Positions 25,531-35,993 of a DNA stretch of 64,000 bases are shown one piece after another; the stretch's first letter is position 1; each line of letters starts with the position of its first letter. The translations under genes were made by a program, and so were the position numbers. This stretch comes from Escherichia coli. GTDB taxonomy: Bacteria > Pseudomonadota > Gammaproteobacteria > Enterobacterales > Enterobacteriaceae. The stretch lies in the NCBI RefSeq assembly GCF_041886205.1, contig NZ_CP169029.1, one strand, 5' to 3'. The notes below the pieces were generated by a model. That model did not search any database, was not told where the DNA came from, and worked only from the letters and a program-made list of their open reading frames with translations.

Positions 25531-25562
25531 ACCACGTCTCAGGACGTGGTTTCTTATTTTTA
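25531..25562 (+). terminator. rho-independent terminator after nagD
   Basis: ACCACGTC-TCAG-GACGTGGT hairpin followed by TTCTTATTTTT. Confidence 0.7.
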
Positions 25563-25765
25563 CCCATCATTAAAATCATCCCATTCAATAAAACCCGCCA
25601 AAAATTATCGATCCATCAATAAATACGCCACCGCACCATCCCCTTTTTCACAAATCAGCAATCACCATTACGTTTTTTATTTTTCCACCGCCAAATCTCT
25701 TGCGCACGTTGCTGCTTTGCGGCATTTTTTAAACAAGCAACCGCAACAAATTAATGGAGAAGGTT

Positions 25766-27430
25766 ATGTGTTCAATTTTTGGCGTATTCGATATCAAAAC
25801 AGACGCAGTTGAGCTGCGGAAGAAAGCCCTCGAGCTGTCACGCCTGATGCGTCATCGTGGCCCGGACTGGTCCGGTATTTATGCCAGCGATAACGCCATT
25901 CTCGCCCACGAACGTCTGTCAATTGTTGACGTTAACGCGGGGGCGCAACCTCTCTACAACCAACAAAAAACTCATGTGCTGGCGGTAAACGGTGAAATCT
26001 ACAACCACCAGGCACTGCGCGCCGAATATGGCGATCGTTATCAGTTCCAGACCGGATCTGACTGCGAAGTGATCCTCGCGCTGTATCAGGAAAAAGGACC
26101 GGAATTTCTCGACGACTTGCAGGGCATGTTTGCCTTTGCCCTGTACGACAGCGAAAAAAATGCATATCTGATTGGTCGCGACCATCTGGGGATCATCCCA
26201 CTGTATATGGGCTATGACGAACACGGTCAGCTGTATGTGGCCTCAGAAATGAAAGCCCTGGTGCCAGTTTGCCGCACGATTAAAGAGTTCCCGGCGGGGA
26301 GCTATTTGTGGAGTCAGGACGGCGAAATCCGTTCTTATTATCATCGCGACTGGTTCGACTTTGATGCAGTGAAAGATAACGTGACCGACAAAAACGAGCT
26401 GCGTCAGGCACTGGAAGATTCCGTTAAAAGCCATCTGATGTCTGATGTGCCTTACGGTGTGCTGCTTTCTGGTGGTCTGGATTCCTCAATTATTTCTGCG
26501 ATCACCAAGAAATACGCCGCCCGTCGCGTGGAAGATCAGGAACGTTCTGAAGCCTGGTGGCCGCAGTTACACTCCTTTGCTGTAGGTCTGCCGGGTTCAC
26601 CGGATCTGAAAGCAGCCCAGGAAGTGGCAAACCATCTGGGCACGGTGCATCACGAAATTCACTTCACTGTACAGGAAGGTCTGGATGCCATCCGCGACGT
26701 GATTTACCACATCGAAACTTATGATGTGACCACTATTCGCGCTTCAACACCGATGTATTTAATGTCGCGTAAGATCAAGGCGATGGGCATTAAAATGGTG
26801 CTGTCCGGTGAAGGTTCTGATGAAGTGTTTGGCGGTTATCTTTACTTCCACAAAGCGCCGAACGCTAAAGAACTGCATGAAGAGACGGTGCGTAAATTGC
26901 TGGCCCTGCATATGTATGACTGCGCCCGTGCCAACAAAGCGATGTCAGCCTGGGGCGTGGAAGCACGCGTTCCGTTCCTCGATAAGAAATTCCTTGATGT
27001 GGCGATGCGTATTAACCCACAGGATAAAATGTGCGGTAACGGCAAAATGGAAAAACACATCCTGCGTGAATGTTTTGAAGCGTATCTGCCTGCAAGCGTG
27101 GCCTGGCGGCAGAAAGAGCAGTTCTCCGATGGCGTCGGTTACAGTTGGATCGACACTCTGAAAGAAGTGGCGGCGCAGCAGGTTTCTGATCAGCAACTGG
27201 AAACTGCCCGCTTCCGCTTCCCGTACAACACGCCAACCTCAAAAGAAGCGTATCTGTACCGGGAGATCTTTGAAGAACTGTTCCCGCTTCCGAGCGCCGC
27301 TGAGTGCGTGCCTGGAGGTCCTTCCGTCGCGTGTTCTTCAGCTAAAGCTATCGAATGGGATGAAGCGTTCAAAAAAATGGACGATCCATCTGGTCGTGCG
27401 GTTGGTGTTCACCAGTCGGCATATAAGTAA
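25766..27430 (+). CDS. asnB: asparagine synthetase B (glutamine-hydrolysing)
   Basis: 554-aa frame from MCSIFGVFDIKTD (N-terminal Cys nucleophile) within track ORF 25754..27430. Confidence 0.97.
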   Translation: MCSIFGVFDIKTDAVELRKKALELSRLMRHRGPDWSGIYASDNAILAHERLSIVDVNAGAQPLYNQQKTHVLAVNGEIYNHQALRAEYGDRYQFQTGSDCEVILALYQEKGPEFLDDLQGMFAFALYDSEKNAYLIGRDHLGIIPLYMGYDEHGQLYVASEMKALVPVCRTIKEFPAGSYLWSQDGEIRSYYHRDWFDFDAVKDNVTDKNELRQALEDSVKSHLMSDVPYGVLLSGGLDSSIISAITKKYAARRVEDQERSEAWWPQLHSFAVGLPGSPDLKAAQEVANHLGTVHHEIHFTVQEGLDAIRDVIYHIETYDVTTIRASTPMYLMSRKIKAMGIKMVLSGEGSDEVFGGYLYFHKAPNAKELHEETVRKLLALHMYDCARANKAMSAWGVEARVPFLDKKFLDVAMRINPQDKMCGNGKMEKHILRECFEAYLPASVAWRQKEQFSDGVGYSWIDTLKEVAAQQVSDQQLETARFRFPYNTPTSKEAYLYREIFEELFPLPSAAECVPGGPSVACSSAKAIEWDEAFKKMDDPSGRAVGVHQSAYK

Positions 27431-27437
27431 GAAATGC

Positions 27438-27468
27438 GAAACAGCCCCGGTGAAATCCGGGGCTGTTT
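27438..27468 (+). terminator. rho-independent terminator after asnB
   Basis: AAACAGCCCCGG-TGAAAT-CCGGGGCTGTTT hairpin. Confidence 0.65.
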
Positions 27469-27741
27469 CAATTATTGAGGTGCCTGTTGATTCTGATATG
27501 CAGTAAGGAAATGTTCCGGGTTTGCCACATCACTGTTTGACAACTCATCACTGTAGGCCAGTATTTCATAGATTAATTTCCCACCACTATTGTTGAATTC
27601 CGAATTTCATCCTGTACGACAAAAGAATGGCTGTAGGGTGGGGAAAAAACACAAAGTAAACAATAATTGACGAATATAGCGCCACGCTGTTCGCAACCTA
27701 ACCAAACAGTCACTTTCGAGCAATTTTCCTTGAAAAAGAGG

Positions 27742-27770
27742 TTGACGCTGCAAGGCTCTATACGCATAAT
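27742..27770 (+). promoter_or_regulatory. sigma70 promoter of the tRNA operon
   Basis: TTGACG (-35), 17-bp spacer, CATAAT (-10), then GC-rich discriminator GCGCCCC typical of stringently controlled stable-RNA promoters. Confidence 0.6.
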
Positions 27771-27808
27771 GCGCCCCGCAACGCCGATAAGGTATCGCGA
27801 AAAAAGAT

Positions 27809-27885
27809 GGCTACGTAGCTCAGTTGGTTAGAGCACATCACTCATAATGATGGGGTCACAGGTTCGAATCCCGTCGTAGCCACCA
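27809..27885 (+). tRNA. metT: tRNA-Met (elongator, anticodon CAU)
   Basis: 77-nt GGCTACGTAGCTCAGTTGGTTAGAGC...GTAGCCACCA, anticodon loop CTCATAA. Confidence 0.95.
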
Positions 27886-27893
27886 TCTTTTTT

Positions 27894-27978
27894 GCGGGAG
27901 TGGCGAAATTGGTAGACGCACCAGATTTAGGTTCTGGCGCCGCAAGGTGTGCGAGTTCAAGTCTCGCCTCCCGCACCA
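27894..27978 (+). tRNA. leuW: tRNA-Leu (anticodon UAG)
   Basis: 85-nt GCGGGAGTGGCGAAATTGGTAGACGC...CTCCCGCACCA with long variable arm; anticodon loop TTTAGGT. Confidence 0.95.
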
Positions 27979-28001
27979 TTCACCAGAAAGCGTTGTACGG
28001 A

Positions 28002-28076
28002 TGGGGTATCGCCAAGCGGTAAGGCACCGGTTTTTGATACCGGCATTCCCTGGTTCGAATCCAGGTACCCCAGCCA
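28002..28076 (+). tRNA. glnU: tRNA-Gln (anticodon UUG)
   Basis: 75-nt TGGGGTATCGCCAAGCGGTAAGGCACCGGTTTTTGATACCGG...CCCCAGCCA. Confidence 0.95.
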
Positions 28077-28110
28077 TCTTCTTCGAGTAAGCGGTTCACC
28101 GCCCGGTTAT

Positions 28111-28185
28111 TGGGGTATCGCCAAGCGGTAAGGCACCGGTTTTTGATACCGGCATTCCCTGGTTCGAATCCAGGTACCCCAGCCA
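28111..28185 (+). tRNA. glnW: tRNA-Gln (anticodon UUG)
   Basis: Identical copy of the glnU sequence. Confidence 0.95.
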
Positions 28186-28200
28186 TCGAAGAAACAATCT

Positions 28201-28277
28201 GGCTACGTAGCTCAGTTGGTTAGAGCACATCACTCATAATGATGGGGTCACAGGTTCGAATCCCGTCGTAGCCACCA
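28201..28277 (+). tRNA. metU: tRNA-Met (elongator, anticodon CAU)
   Basis: Identical copy of the metT sequence. Confidence 0.95.
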
Positions 28278-28324
28278 AATTCTGAATGTGTCGAATATGT
28301 TCGGCAAATTCAAAACCAATTTGT

Positions 28325-28399
28325 TGGGGTATCGCCAAGCGGTAAGGCACCGGATTCTGATTCCGGCATTCCGAGGTTCGAATCCTCGTACCCCAGCCA
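28325..28399 (+). tRNA. glnV: tRNA-Gln (anticodon CUG)
   Basis: 75-nt TGGGGTATCGCCAAGCGGTAAGGCACCGGATTCTGATTCCGG...; anticodon CTG is wild type (not the supE amber-suppressor allele). Confidence 0.95.
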
Positions 28400-28436
28400 A
28401 TTTATTCAAGACGCTTACCTTGTAAGTGCACCCAGT

Positions 28437-28511
28437 TGGGGTATCGCCAAGCGGTAAGGCACCGGATTCTGATTCCGGCATTCCGAGGTTCGAATCCTCG
28501 TACCCCAGCCA
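28437..28511 (+). tRNA. glnX: tRNA-Gln (anticodon CUG)
   Basis: Identical copy of the glnV sequence. Confidence 0.95.
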
Positions 28512-28517
28512 CATTAA

Positions 28518-28545
28518 AAAAGCTCGCTTCGGCGAGCTTTTTGCT
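28518..28545 (+). terminator. rho-independent terminator of the tRNA operon
   Basis: AGCTCGC-TTCG-GCGAGCT hairpin followed by TTTTTGCTTTTCT. Confidence 0.8.
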
Positions 28546-28556
28546 TTTCTGCGTTC

Positions 28557-28655
28557 ATTCAATGTCGAATGCGATGTTGACACGTCTTATCCTTCAATGT
28601 CGGATGCGACGCTGCCGCGTCTTATCCGACCTACGGTTGGCACGCATCCGGCAAT
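28557..28655. repeat. REP/BIME palindromic units
   Basis: GTCGAATGCGATG / GTCGGATGCGACGCTGCCGCGTCTTATCCGACCTAC REP-like repeats. Confidence 0.7.
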
Positions 28656-28664
28656 GTTGTAAGG

Positions 28665-29840
28665 CTACAACCCTAACGCATATTTCAGCGCCTGACGTTT
28701 CAACACGCCAGCACGCTCCGCCGCCATTAACCCGAGATTACGCATAAAACGCAGTGGTGGCAGATTATTGCTGAATCCGGCATAAAACAGATCCATACCG
28801 CTTTGCATAATGAAGTTATCCGCCATGCGCCGCATCTGGTAGCGCTTGAGGACAGGATAACTGGCCCACGCTTCGCCGTAGCTGCGGGCATTCACCAGAA
28901 CATCAATCAGGGCATCGACATCACGATAACCAAGATTCACCCCCTGCCCCGCCAGCGGATGGATGGTATGCGCGGCATCGCCCACCAGCGCAAGCCCCGG
29001 CTGCACATACTGCAACGCATGTCGGCGCGTCAGCGGAAACGCACCAGCGGCAAGCGGTGTAACGTAACCCAGACGCGACGGGAAATGCTTCGCGATTTCC
29101 GCCTGGAGTTGCGCCATATTCATATTCTGCAACTGGCGAATACGCACCGGAGAGTCATACCACACCAGCGATGCCCAGTTATCAAACAACGGCAGAAACG
29201 CACGCGGTCCGTCCGGGGTAAATTGCTGCCAGGTGCTGTCGCCGGGATCGTTCTCACACTGTACGCTAATCAACATACACGACTGCGCATACTGCCAGGC
29301 ATGAACGCCAATTCCCGCCATCTGCCGCACCTGCGAATTTGCGCCGTCAGCACCAATCACCAGCTTCGCGCGAATCACTTCACCGCCCTTCAGTTCCAGC
29401 TCCTGAAGATCATTATCTCGATGTAATGCAATCAGCGAGTCTGGCACACGTAACGTTACTTTCGGATGAGCTTCCAGCGCCTGCCACAATGCCTGTTGCA
29501 GGACGGTGTTTTCCACCATATAGCCAAGCAACGGTAGCTTAAGTTCAGCGGCGTCAAACACCACATGCGCCGTTTCCCACTCCCACGTTTCCAGTCTGCG
29601 GTAAGGATGGCAACGCATAGCCTGTACTGCATCCCAGACCCCTAACCCTTTAAGCAATGATACCGATGCGGCGCTGATCGCCGAGATCCGCACGTCCGGT
29701 TGGCTATCAGCGACAAACGGTGCAGGTTCTGCGTGCTCGATCACCGTTACCGAAAATCCGTGCTGTGCCAGCCCCAGCGCCAGCGCGCCGCCGACCATTC
29801 CTCCGCCGACAATGGCAATTTCCGTTGGTTGATTTGTCAT
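28665..29840 (-). CDS. ubiF: 3-demethoxyubiquinol 3-hydroxylase (flavin monooxygenase)
   Basis: 391-aa frame from MTNQPTEIAIVGGGMVGGALALGL (FAD-binding GxGxxG). Confidence 0.95.
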   Translation of the reverse strand: MTNQPTEIAIVGGGMVGGALALGLAQHGFSVTVIEHAEPAPFVADSQPDVRISAISAASVSLLKGLGVWDAVQAMRCHPYRRLETWEWETAHVVFDAAELKLPLLGYMVENTVLQQALWQALEAHPKVTLRVPDSLIALHRDNDLQELELKGGEVIRAKLVIGADGANSQVRQMAGIGVHAWQYAQSCMLISVQCENDPGDSTWQQFTPDGPRAFLPLFDNWASLVWYDSPVRIRQLQNMNMAQLQAEIAKHFPSRLGYVTPLAAGAFPLTRRHALQYVQPGLALVGDAAHTIHPLAGQGVNLGYRDVDALIDVLVNARSYGEAWASYPVLKRYQMRRMADNFIMQSGMDLFYAGFSNNLPPLRFMRNLGLMAAERAGVLKRQALKYALGL

Positions 29841-29985
29841 GGTCAATCATCCTGTTAGCAATATGCTTTAAGTTTACAGGATTTTTACCCCCAAGGGCTG
29901 ATAACGCTCATACTGGTCACAACGGCAGCAAAGCATTACACTATGCGCCCTGCATTCCTGGCTACTATTTCGCAAGAGCAAGTCG

Positions 29986-31410
29986 ATGACCAAAAAACTC
30001 CATATTAAAACCTGGGGCTGTCAGATGAACGAGTACGATTCATCGAAGATGGCCGATCTGCTGGATGCCACCCACGGCTATCAACTGACCGACGTGGCGG
30101 AAGAAGCGGATGTGCTGCTGCTGAACACCTGCTCAATCCGCGAGAAGGCTCAGGAAAAAGTCTTCCATCAGTTGGGTCGCTGGAAACTGTTAAAAGAGAA
30201 GAATCCAGACCTGATTATCGGCGTCGGTGGCTGCGTGGCATCGCAAGAAGGCGAGCACATTCGCCAGCGCGCCCACTATGTCGATATTATTTTTGGGCCG
30301 CAAACGCTGCACCGTCTGCCGGAGATGATCAACTCCGTGCGCGGCGACCGCAGCCCGGTTGTAGATATCAGCTTCCCGGAAATCGAGAAGTTTGACCGTC
30401 TACCGGAACCGCGCGCCGAAGGGCCGACCGCGTTTGTCTCCATCATGGAAGGCTGCAATAAATATTGCACCTACTGCGTGGTGCCTTACACCCGTGGTGA
30501 AGAGGTAAGCCGTCCGTCTGACGATATTCTGTTTGAGATTGCCCAGCTTGCGGCTCAGGGCGTGCGTGAAGTCAATCTGCTCGGTCAGAACGTGAACGCC
30601 TGGCGTGGTGAAAACTACGACGGCTCCACCGGATCGTTTGCCGATCTGCTGCGTCTGGTTGCTGCGATCGACGGGATCGATCGTATTCGCTTTACCACCA
30701 GCCATCCGATCGAATTCACCGACGATATCATCGAAGTGTATCGCGACACGCCGGAGCTGGTGAGCTTCCTGCATCTGCCGGTACAGAGCGGTTCCGATCG
30801 CATTCTGAACCTGATGGGCCGTACTCATACGGCACTGGAGTACAAAGCGATCATCCGTAAACTGCGTGCGGCGCGTCCAGATATTCAGATCAGTTCTGAT
30901 TTCATCGTTGGCTTCCCTGGCGAAACCACCGAAGACTTCGAGAAAACGATGAAGCTGATTGCCGACGTCAATTTCGACATGAGCTACAGCTTTATCTTCT
31001 CTGCACGTCCGGGTACACCAGCCGCCGATATGGTTGATGATGTTCCGGAAGAAGAGAAGAAGCAACGTCTGTATATTCTGCAAGAACGTATCAATCAGCA
31101 AGCGATGGCATGGAGCCGCCGGATGCTCGGCACCACCCAGCGTATTCTGGTAGAAGGGACTTCGCGTAAGAGCATCATGGAGCTTTCCGGGCGTACCGAA
31201 AATAACCGCGTGGTCAACTTCGAGGGCACACCGGATATGATCGGTAAATTCGTCGATGTAGAAATTACCGACGTCTACCCGAACTCTCTGCGCGGTAAAG
31301 TGGTGCGTACTGAAGATGAAATGGGTCTGCGCGTGGCAGAAACACCGGAATCGGTGATTGCCCGTACCCGCAAAGAAAACGACCTTGGCGTGGGTTATTA
31401 TCAGCCGTAA
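29986..31410 (+). CDS. miaB: tRNA-i6A37 methylthiotransferase (radical SAM)
   Basis: 474-aa [22 protein letters not shown]; radical-SAM CxxxCxxC (CNKYCTYC). Confidence 0.97.
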   Translation: MTKKLHIKTWGCQMNEYDSSKMADLLDATHGYQLTDVAEEADVLLLNTCSIREKAQEKVFHQLGRWKLLKEKNPDLIIGVGGCVASQEGEHIRQRAHYVDIIFGPQTLHRLPEMINSVRGDRSPVVDISFPEIEKFDRLPEPRAEGPTAFVSIMEGCNKYCTYCVVPYTRGEEVSRPSDDILFEIAQLAAQGVREVNLLGQNVNAWRGENYDGSTGSFADLLRLVAAIDGIDRIRFTTSHPIEFTDDIIEVYRDTPELVSFLHLPVQSGSDRILNLMGRTHTALEYKAIIRKLRAARPDIQISSDFIVGFPGETTEDFEKTMKLIADVNFDMSYSFIFSARPGTPAADMVDDVPEEEKKQRLYILQERINQQAMAWSRRMLGTTQRILVEGTSRKSIMELSGRTENNRVVNFEGTPDMIGKFVDVEITDVYPNSLRGKVVRTEDEMGLRVAETPESVIARTRKENDLGVGYYQP

Positions 31411-31561
31411 TTCTCAGGCCCGCCGTTCCGGTGGGCCTTGTTTTTCTCTCTTTATCCCCATCTTTATCGCAATGCTTGCGCCTTTTTCCTGTGGCGTGAA
31501 TAATTTCCTTATAGGCCGGTGAATGTTCAGCTTCCGGCGGCATACAGATAAGAGGAACGGT

Positions 31562-32602
31562 TTGAACATAGACACTCGCGAAATCACCCTGGAGCCAGCA
31601 GACAACGCGCGTCTGTTGAGCCTGTGCGGCCCGTTTGATGACAACATCAAGCAGCTCGAACGCCGTCTCGGCATCGAGATCAATCGCCGCGACAACCACT
31701 TTAAACTGACCGGCCGTCCGATTTGCGTCACCGCTGCGGCAGACATTCTGCGTAGCCTGTATGTCGATACAGCCCCGATGCGCGGTCAGATTCAGGATAT
31801 CGAACCGGAACAGATCCACCTTGCGATTAAAGAAGCAAGGGTACTGGAGCAAAGCGCGGAGAGCGTGCCGGAGTACGGCAAAGCGGTCAATATCAAAACC
31901 AAACGCGGCGTAATTAAGCCGCGCACGCCAAACCAGGCGCAGTACATCGCCAATATTCTCGACCATGACATTACCTTCGGCGTTGGCCCGGCGGGTACGG
32001 GTAAAACCTACCTGGCAGTCGCTGCAGCAGTTGATGCCCTGGAGCGTCAGGAAATTCGCCGTATTCTGCTGACTCGTCCGGCGGTCGAAGCCGGTGAGAA
32101 ACTGGGCTTCCTGCCTGGCGATTTAAGCCAGAAAGTAGACCCGTATCTGCGCCCACTGTACGACGCGCTGTTTGAAATGCTGGGCTTTGAGAAAGTCGAG
32201 AAACTGATTGAGCGCAACGTTATTGAAGTCGCGCCGCTGGCCTATATGCGTGGTCGTACGCTGAACGACGCGTTTATCATTCTCGATGAGAGCCAGAACA
32301 CCACCATCGAACAGATGAAGATGTTCCTGACCCGTATCGGTTTTAACTCAAAAGCGGTTATCACCGGCGACGTCACACAGATCGACCTGCCGCGTAATAC
32401 TAAATCAGGCTTACGTCACGCCATCGAAGTGCTGGCCGATGTCGAAGAGATCAGCTTTAACTTCTTCCACAGCGAAGACGTGGTTCGTCACCCGGTGGTG
32501 GCGCGTATCGTTAACGCTTATGAAGCCTGGGAAAAAGCAGAACAAAAACGAAAAGCGGCGCTGGCGGCAGAACGCAAGCGCGAAGAACAGGAACAAAAAT
32601 GA
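31562..32602 (+). CDS. ybeZ: PhoH-like ATPase YbeZ
   Basis: 346-aa frame [18 protein letters not shown] from a TTG start (alternative upstream start 31523 in ORF track); Walker A GPAGTGKT. Confidence 0.85.
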
Positions 32603-33066
32603 GTCAGGTGATCCTCGATTTACAACTGGCATGTGAAGATAATTCCGGGTTACCGGAAGAGAGCCAGTTTCAGACATGGCTGAATGCGGTGATCCCGCAG
32701 TTTCAGGAAGAGTCGGAAGTGACGATTCGCGTGGTCGATACCGCCGAAAGCCACAGTCTGAATCTGACCTATCGCGGTAAGGATAAGCCGACCAACGTGC
32801 TCTCCTTCCCGTTTGAAGTGCCGCCTGGCATGGAGATGTCGCTACTGGGCGATCTGGTTATCTGCCGTCAGGTGGTTGAGAAGGAAGCTCAGGAGCAAGG
32901 CAAACCACTGGAGGCGCACTGGGCGCATATGGTGGTGCACGGCAGTCTGCATTTGTTAGGTTACGATCACATCGAAGATGACGAAGCAGAAGAAATGGAA
33001 GCCCTCGAAACAGAGATTATGCTTGCTCTGGGCTATGAGGATCCGTACATTGCCGAGAAAGAATAA
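32599..33066 (+). CDS. ybeY: endoribonuclease YbeY (16S rRNA 3' maturation)
   Basis: 155-aa ORF with [11 protein letters not shown] metal-binding motif; ATG overlaps ybeZ stop. Confidence 0.95.
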
Positions 33067-33155
33067 TTTGCCAGCCATTTGACTGGCAGACGTCCCCGCC
33101 GTTGGTGATTAACGACGGCGTTTTGATTAACTAACATGAGAACCCATACGACGCC

Positions 33156-34034
33156 ATGAGCGACGACAATTCACACAGTAGTGACACGATAAGCAACAAG
33201 AAGGGATTTTTCTCCCTGTTACTCAGCCAACTTTTCCACGGTGAACCGAAAAACCGTGACGAACTGCTGGCGCTGATCCGTGATTCCGGGCAGAACGACC
33301 TTATCGACGAAGATACGCGCGATATGCTCGAAGGGGTGATGGACATCGCAGACCAACGCGTTCGCGACATCATGATCCCCCGCTCCCAGATGATTACCCT
33401 GAAACGCAACCAGACGCTGGACGAATGCCTTGATGTCATCATCGAGTCCGCCCACTCACGTTTCCCGGTGATTAGCGAAGACAAAGATCACATTGAAGGG
33501 ATTCTGATGGCGAAAGACTTGCTGCCGTTTATGCGCAGCGATGCTGAAGCCTTCAGCATGGACAAAGTGTTACGTCAGGCGGTTGTCGTTCCTGAAAGTA
33601 AGCGCGTAGACCGGATGCTGAAAGAGTTTCGCTCTCAGCGTTACCACATGGCGATCGTCATCGACGAATTCGGTGGGGTTTCCGGTCTGGTGACCATTGA
33701 AGACATCCTGGAACTGATTGTTGGTGAGATTGAAGACGAGTATGACGAAGAAGATGATATCGACTTCCGTCAGCTGAGTCGTCATACCTGGACCGTGCGC
33801 GCACTGGCTTCCATCGAAGATTTCAACGAAGCGTTCGGCACCCACTTTAGCGATGAAGAAGTCGACACTATCGGTGGTCTGGTGATGCAGGCATTTGGGC
33901 ATCTTCCGGCGCGTGGCGAAACCATCGACATCGACGGTTACCAGTTCAAAGTGGCGATGGCCGACAGTCGGCGTATTATTCAGGTTCATGTCAAAATCCC
34001 GGATGACTCACCCCAGCCGAAGCTGGATGAATAA
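33156..34034 (+). CDS. corC: CBS-domain Mg/Co efflux-associated protein CorC (YbeX)
   Basis: 292-aa [30 protein letters not shown]. Confidence 0.93.
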   Translation: MSDDNSHSSDTISNKKGFFSLLLSQLFHGEPKNRDELLALIRDSGQNDLIDEDTRDMLEGVMDIADQRVRDIMIPRSQMITLKRNQTLDECLDVIIESAHSRFPVISEDKDHIEGILMAKDLLPFMRSDAEAFSMDKVLRQAVVVPESKRVDRMLKEFRSQRYHMAIVIDEFGGVSGLVTIEDILELIVGEIEDEYDEEDDIDFRQLSRHTWTVRALASIEDFNEAFGTHFSDEEVDTIGGLVMQAFGHLPARGETIDIDGYQFKVAMADSRRIIQVHVKIPDDSPQPKLDE

Positions 34035-34058
34035 AACCGAAACTGGATAGATAACTAC

Positions 34059-35597
34059 ATGGCTTTTGCCTCATTAATTGAACGCCAGCGCATTCGCCTG
34101 CTGCTGGCGTTAGTATTCGGTGCCTGCGGAACGCTGGCCTTCTCTCCTTACGACGTCTGGCCTGCGGCGATTATTTCGTTGATGGGGCTTCAGGCGTTGA
34201 CCTTTAACCGCCGTCCACTCCAGTCTGCCGCTATTGGCTTTTGCTGGGGATTTGGCCTCTTTGGCAGCGGTATTAACTGGGTCTATGTCAGCATCGCGAC
34301 CTTTGGCGGAATGCCTGGCCCGGTTAACATCTTCCTGGTGGTGCTGCTGGCGGCGTATTTGTCGCTGTATACCGGACTGTTTGCTGGCGTGCTGTCGCGT
34401 CTGTGGCCGAAAACCACCTGGCTGCGCGTAGCGATTGCCGCCCCTGCCCTCTGGCAAGTGACCGAGTTTCTGCGCGGTTGGGTACTGACAGGCTTCCCAT
34501 GGTTACAGTTCGGCTATAGCCAGATTGATGGCCCGTTAAAAGGGCTGGCACCGCTAATGGGCGTGGAAGCCATTAACTTCCTACTGATGATGGTTAGCGG
34601 CCTGCTGGCACTGGCGTTGGTCAAACGCAACTGGCGTCCGCTGGCGGTAGCCGTCGTGCTGTTTGCCCTTCCCTTCCCGCTGCGTTACATCCAGTGGTTT
34701 ACCCCGCAACCGGAGAAAACCATTCAGGTTTCGATGGTTCAGGGCGATATTCCGCAATCGCTGAAATGGGACGAAGGCCAGCTTCTTAATACGCTGAAGA
34801 TTTACTACAACGCAACGGCACCGCTGATGGGCAAATCATCGTTGATTATCTGGCCAGAGTCGGCGATAACCGATCTGGAAATTAATCAGCAACCGTTCCT
34901 CAAAGCACTGGACGGTGAGTTGCGTGATAAAGGTAGCTCGCTGGTAACCGGGATTGTCGACGCGCGTCTCAATAAGCAGAACCGCTACGATACCTACAAC
35001 ACCATCATCACGCTGGGTAAAGGTGCACCGTACAGCTACGAATCAGCCGATCGCTATAACAAAAACCATCTGGTACCGTTTGGCGAGTTTGTCCCGCTGG
35101 AGTCGATTCTGCGTCCGTTAGCACCGTTCTTTGATCTGCCGATGTCGTCGTTCAGCCGTGGGCCATATATCCAGCCGCCGCTGTCGGCAAATGGTATTGA
35201 GCTTACTGCGGCTATTTGCTACGAGATCATTCTCGGCGAGCAAGTGCGCGATAACTTCCGCCCGGATACCGACTACCTGCTGACTATCTCCAACGATGCG
35301 TGGTTTGGTAAGTCTATTGGTCCATGGCAGCACTTCCAGATGGCGCGAATGCGTGCGCTGGAGCTGGCGCGCCCACTGTTGCGCAGCACCAACAACGGCA
35401 TTACGGCAGTGATTGGCCCGCAGGGTGAGATTCAGGCGATGATCCCGCAGTTCACCCGCGAGGTGTTGACCACTAATGTGACGCCAACCACCGGACTCAC
35501 ACCGTATGCACGTACCGGCAACTGGCCGCTGTGGGTGCTGACGGCGCTGTTTGGTTTTGCCGCTGTGTTGATGAGTCTGCGTCAGCGACGTAAATAA
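34059..35597 (+). CDS. lnt: apolipoprotein N-acyltransferase
   Basis: 512-aa [38 protein letters not shown]; multiple TM segments plus nitrilase-like domain. Confidence 0.95.
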   Translation: MAFASLIERQRIRLLLALVFGACGTLAFSPYDVWPAAIISLMGLQALTFNRRPLQSAAIGFCWGFGLFGSGINWVYVSIATFGGMPGPVNIFLVVLLAAYLSLYTGLFAGVLSRLWPKTTWLRVAIAAPALWQVTEFLRGWVLTGFPWLQFGYSQIDGPLKGLAPLMGVEAINFLLMMVSGLLALALVKRNWRPLAVAVVLFALPFPLRYIQWFTPQPEKTIQVSMVQGDIPQSLKWDEGQLLNTLKIYYNATAPLMGKSSLIIWPESAITDLEINQQPFLKALDGELRDKGSSLVTGIVDARLNKQNRYDTYNTIITLGKGAPYSYESADRYNKNHLVPFGEFVPLESILRPLAPFFDLPMSSFSRGPYIQPPLSANGIELTAAICYEIILGEQVRDNFRPDTDYLLTISNDAWFGKSIGPWQHFQMARMRALELARPLLRSTNNGITAVIGPQGEIQAMIPQFTREVLTTNVTPTTGLTPYARTGNWPLWVLTALFGFAAVLMSLRQRRK

Positions 35598-35642
35598 TCC
35601 CTTCTTATCGTGCCGGAATACATCCCATATTTCGGCACGCTC

Positions 35643-35672
35643 ACCGGATGCGGCATCAGTGCATTATCCGGA
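35643..35672. repeat. REP-like palindromic unit
   Basis: CCGGATGCGGCATCAGTGCATTATCCGG. Confidence 0.55.
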
Positions 35673-35696
35673 TAACAATATTCTCCTATCCAACTT

Positions 35697-35712
35697 TGGC
35701 ACATCTATTGCT
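35697..35712 (+). promoter_or_regulatory. candidate sigma54 (-24/-12) promoter upstream of gltI
   Basis: TGGCAC-N5-TTGCT, exact match to the TGGCAC-N5-TTGCW consensus spacing, about 280 bp upstream of gltI ATG. Confidence 0.45.
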
Positions 35713-35993
35713 TTGTTATACAAGGCAAAGCTTGAACCAGCATCAGTACAACCCGGTTGCACCACAGCAATCCACCGGTAGCACCAAAAGAGTGCATTTT
35801 AAGAATTTTGCTTCGGAATGGTGCGGTGCACCTCGCAAAAACAAACAATAAAACATCAATATCTTTACATTTAGCCAAACTAAATGTTACCTAACAGGCA
35901 CAACACTGCACAATAAAGTTGCAGACAATAACAACACAAACACTCACAACGGGTATCCATGCGTTCTTAACGCAGAAGATAAAGGAGTTGGAT

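Noticed and set aside
25546-25812. 88-aa ORF across the asnB promoter region
   Set aside because: It begins inside the nagD terminator, runs through AT-rich promoter DNA, and overlaps the asnB start out of frame.
27809-28511. tRNA cluster as a possible genomic-island integration site
   Set aside because: No integrase, direct repeat of a tRNA 3' end, or foreign block is adjacent; the array is followed immediately by its terminator, a REP and ubiF.
28325-28511. Possibility that glnV or glnX carries a supE amber-suppressor anticodon that would read through the ybeU TAG
   Set aside because: Both copies show the wild-type anticodon loop ATTCTGATT (CUG).
27856-28747. Several 60-110-aa ORFs overlapping the tRNA array on both strands
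   Set aside because: They overlap the tRNA genes and repeat each other because the tRNA genes are duplicated; they are artefacts of the tRNA and REP sequence.
31523-31561. Upstream ATG extension of ybeZ (359-aa version)
   Set aside because: The conserved PhoH-like protein aligns from the NIDTREIT start (346 aa); the extension MFSFRRHTDKRNG is probably untranslated, but the true start is not certain from sequence alone.
35648-35851. 67-aa plus-strand ORF upstream of gltI
   Set aside because: It spans the REP and the candidate sigma54 promoter, has no Shine-Dalgarno sequence, and is low-complexity; more likely 5' leader than coding.
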